Positions 62,313 through 64,000 of a DNA stretch of 64,000 bases are shown here, one piece after another. The number at the start of each line of letters is the position of its first letter. Positions within the stretch are counted from its first letter, which is position 1. A program made the translations under genes and the position numbers. Origin of the DNA: a virus. Under the pieces are notes generated by a model that was not told where the DNA came from, searched no databases, and saw nothing but the letters and a program-made list of their open reading frames with translations. Where the stretch lies: positions 1 through 64,000 of IMG/VR virus record IMGVR_UViG_3300016466_000859; one strand, 5' to 3'.

Positions 62313-63411
62313 ACTTTAATTCTTGCCATGCTCGATTCAACAGCTCTCCACTTTCCAGGAGCCTGTAATTGTGTTCCAATGTGTCTCGCATTTCATGCAA
62401 CAGGTTGGTGAGTTCACGGTCGCTGAGTGAACATATGTTTTTTACTATCTCAACAACAGCTTGTAGGCGATGGATGGGATTTTGTATCTGGTCATAACTT
62501 TCATCCCACCAACGATCAAACGTTCGGAATCCATAACTTTTTAAATAGGCAAGATTGTTGGCCGGTGCAAGCAGAACAAACGGTTGTCGTGCGATAATGG
62601 GCTTGAATATTTTTTCTGTGAGATGATGCTTTTGATCCCAGTAGCAGGTCTCTGTGACGATGTGCAAGAAACTTTCCATGTTTTCTCGTACGGCGCCTAA
62701 GGTCATACTACCATTGGGTATTGCATCCTTTCCCGAGTCAATCCTGAGAGGAAAATCCACTCCGTCTAAATATTCTGCGCATCGATAGGCATAATCTTGA
62801 TCGATTTTATATTGGTTGATAGACTGTTGCAGATTATCTCGGTAATGTCCATATATCGGACACGAATCACTGTAGCTGATGTGTCCTTGATCAATTAGGC
62901 CAGCCGCGGCCAGCTCGGCTACCAATATGCTACGGTAAACTCTGGCGCCTCCTGTGAGTCTGTTAAATGTAATATATTTTTTCCTGACTTCTCGCTGCAG
63001 GGGATCTTTGATTGAAGCATCAAAACGATAACCACGATACCAGTCCGAGGCAGCAAACACATGAAAAAACGAATAGCAGTCTTGGAAACGATACCGCATC
63101 AAAAAACGATTTTTATCTTGACTTTCTTGTTCGGTATTAAGTAAAATAACACGTTGATCTGTGATGTTTAATTCTTGTAGTATGTGATCAAACAATTGAT
63201 TGTTGAACCCCCAAATCAAAGGTTCCTGATCATAACAAATGATCAATGGTCCGCGTTGTTGAGGTCCAAGATCTGGACGATCATCGGCTAATATCTCGAT
63301 GTTGCTGGGATCAGTACTGCCAAACGGATAAAGATAAACCAGCCTGGGGTCGTCGCATAAAGTTTTAGCGTACTGCCAGATATTGTGGTAGTGATTATGG
63401 ATATTATACAT
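62278..63411 (-). CDS. Hypothetical protein (sugar-modification-cluster type)
   Basis: 377 aa; YITFNR, FLHIVTET, LTEKIFKPI, FRTFDRWWDESYD; overlaps the DUF2061 gene convergently by 35 nt. Confidence 0.75.
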   Translation of the reverse strand: MYNIHNHYHNIWQYAKTLCDDPRLVYLYPFGSTDPSNIEILADDRPDLGPQQRGPLIICYDQEPLIWGFNNQLFDHILQELNITDQRVILLNTEQESQDKNRFLMRYRFQDCYSFFHVFAASDWYRGYRFDASIKDPLQREVRKKYITFNRLTGGARVYRSILVAELAAAGLIDQGHISYSDSCPIYGHYRDNLQQSINQYKIDQDYAYRCAEYLDGVDFPLRIDSGKDAIPNGSMTLGAVRENMESFLHIVTETCYWDQKHHLTEKIFKPIIARQPFVLLAPANNLAYLKSYGFRTFDRWWDESYDQIQNPIHRLQAVVEIVKNICSLSDRELTNLLHEMRDTLEHNYRLLESGELLNRAWQELKSNLNWCLSCPN

Positions 63412-64000
63412 GTTTGATGTTTTTTATTTTGGATCAAAGCCAGGCTTGTTTGAATATGAACAGCCAGCCAGTGATCTAGATGATGCTGCCAGGAAGAGCA
63501 GGACTCGACTCTGCTGGTATATTTATGGTGGCAACGATTACACAAATTTTGATTTCGATTGGCGGCCGGCTCCTTGGGAGCAAGATTTCATACAAGTATT
63601 TCCCAGTCAATGGCAACGCGACGGTGGTGTTTATCTTGTAAATCCACAAACCGTGCATGCCCGGCAGTGGAAATTCCAAACTAGTCAATGCATCACTAGA
63701 TTGCCTTGTCGAGAAAACTGGACCATCCCTGACAACATAGATGAAAAGTCCGTGGACTTCAGCTGGCATCCAGACCCAATAGATCCACCTTACATCTATC
63801 ACTTTCCCAGCGAATGGCAATCTAGTTCGGGGTTGATGTATTCTGTGCCAGGCGCAACCGAAGTTAGATTTGAAGACACAGTGCCCGGGGAATCTTTGTC
63901 GAAGGTCTTGGATATCTTTTTTGTAGATCATTACAACAATCAAAGCGTCACACGGTGGGAAAAGTTATCTGCAAGATATCCACATGCACAAAAGATACGT
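63410..64000 (+). CDS. Hypothetical protein, N-terminal 197 aa (runs off window end; absent from ORF track)
   Basis: Open frame MFDVFYFGSKPGLFEYEQ...FDFDWRPAPWEQ...DFSWHPDPIDPPYIYHFPSEWQ, Trp/Pro-rich with a repeated FPSxWQ motif. Confidence 0.7.
   Translation, partial: MFDVFYFGSKPGLFEYEQPASDLDDAARKSRTRLCWYIYGGNDYTNFDFDWRPAPWEQDFIQVFPSQWQRDGGVYLVNPQTVHARQWKFQTSQCITRLPCRENWTIPDNIDEKSVDFSWHPDPIDPPYIYHFPSEWQSSSGLMYSVPGATEVRFEDTVPGESLSKVLDIFFVDHYNNQSVTRWEKLSARYPHAQKIR

Noticed and set aside
1-64000. Stop-codon reassignment, CRISPR array, tRNAs, inteins
   Set aside because: Genes are intact in the standard code and use all three stops. I saw no repeat-spacer array, cloverleaf or Hint motif by eye; tRNAscan and CRISPR finders were not run.

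Overview
This window is part of a large T4-like (contractile-tailed, probably jumbo) phage genome in the standard genetic code. It has four blocks. (1) 1-2475: the N-terminus of a probable tape-measure gene (- strand, truncated), gp26/gp51-like hub assembly chaperones and a GT2 glycosyltransferase. (2) 2521-14859, all - strand: a small secreted Ala/Lys/Pro protein; a phosphate-starvation module (PlcP-like phosphoesterase, a hidden 58-aa gene, Agt-like GT4, PstS, with Pho boxes); a ~390-nt highly structured non-coding RNA directly behind a GIY-YIG nuclease; and a gp55-gp47-gp46 operon interleaved with three radical SAM genes. (3) 14931-46203, + strand: baseplate and tail genes (gp48/54-, gp53-, hub-, gp5-, gp25- and gp6-like, a 4543-aa protein, paralogous fibre proteins). 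(4) 46278-62312, + strand: a ~16-kb tightly coupled operon of GT-A-like proteins, six more radical SAM enzymes, SGNH-like proteins, a carbamoyltransferase and an APS-kinase/nucleotidyltransferase fusion, followed by a head-to-head gene pair. I saw no tRNA, rRNA, CRISPR array, integrase or transposase. The best candidates for undescribed biology are the structured RNA, the Pho-regulated lipid-remodelling module and the nine-radical-SAM modification system. All family assignments come from motifs read by eye; no database search was run.
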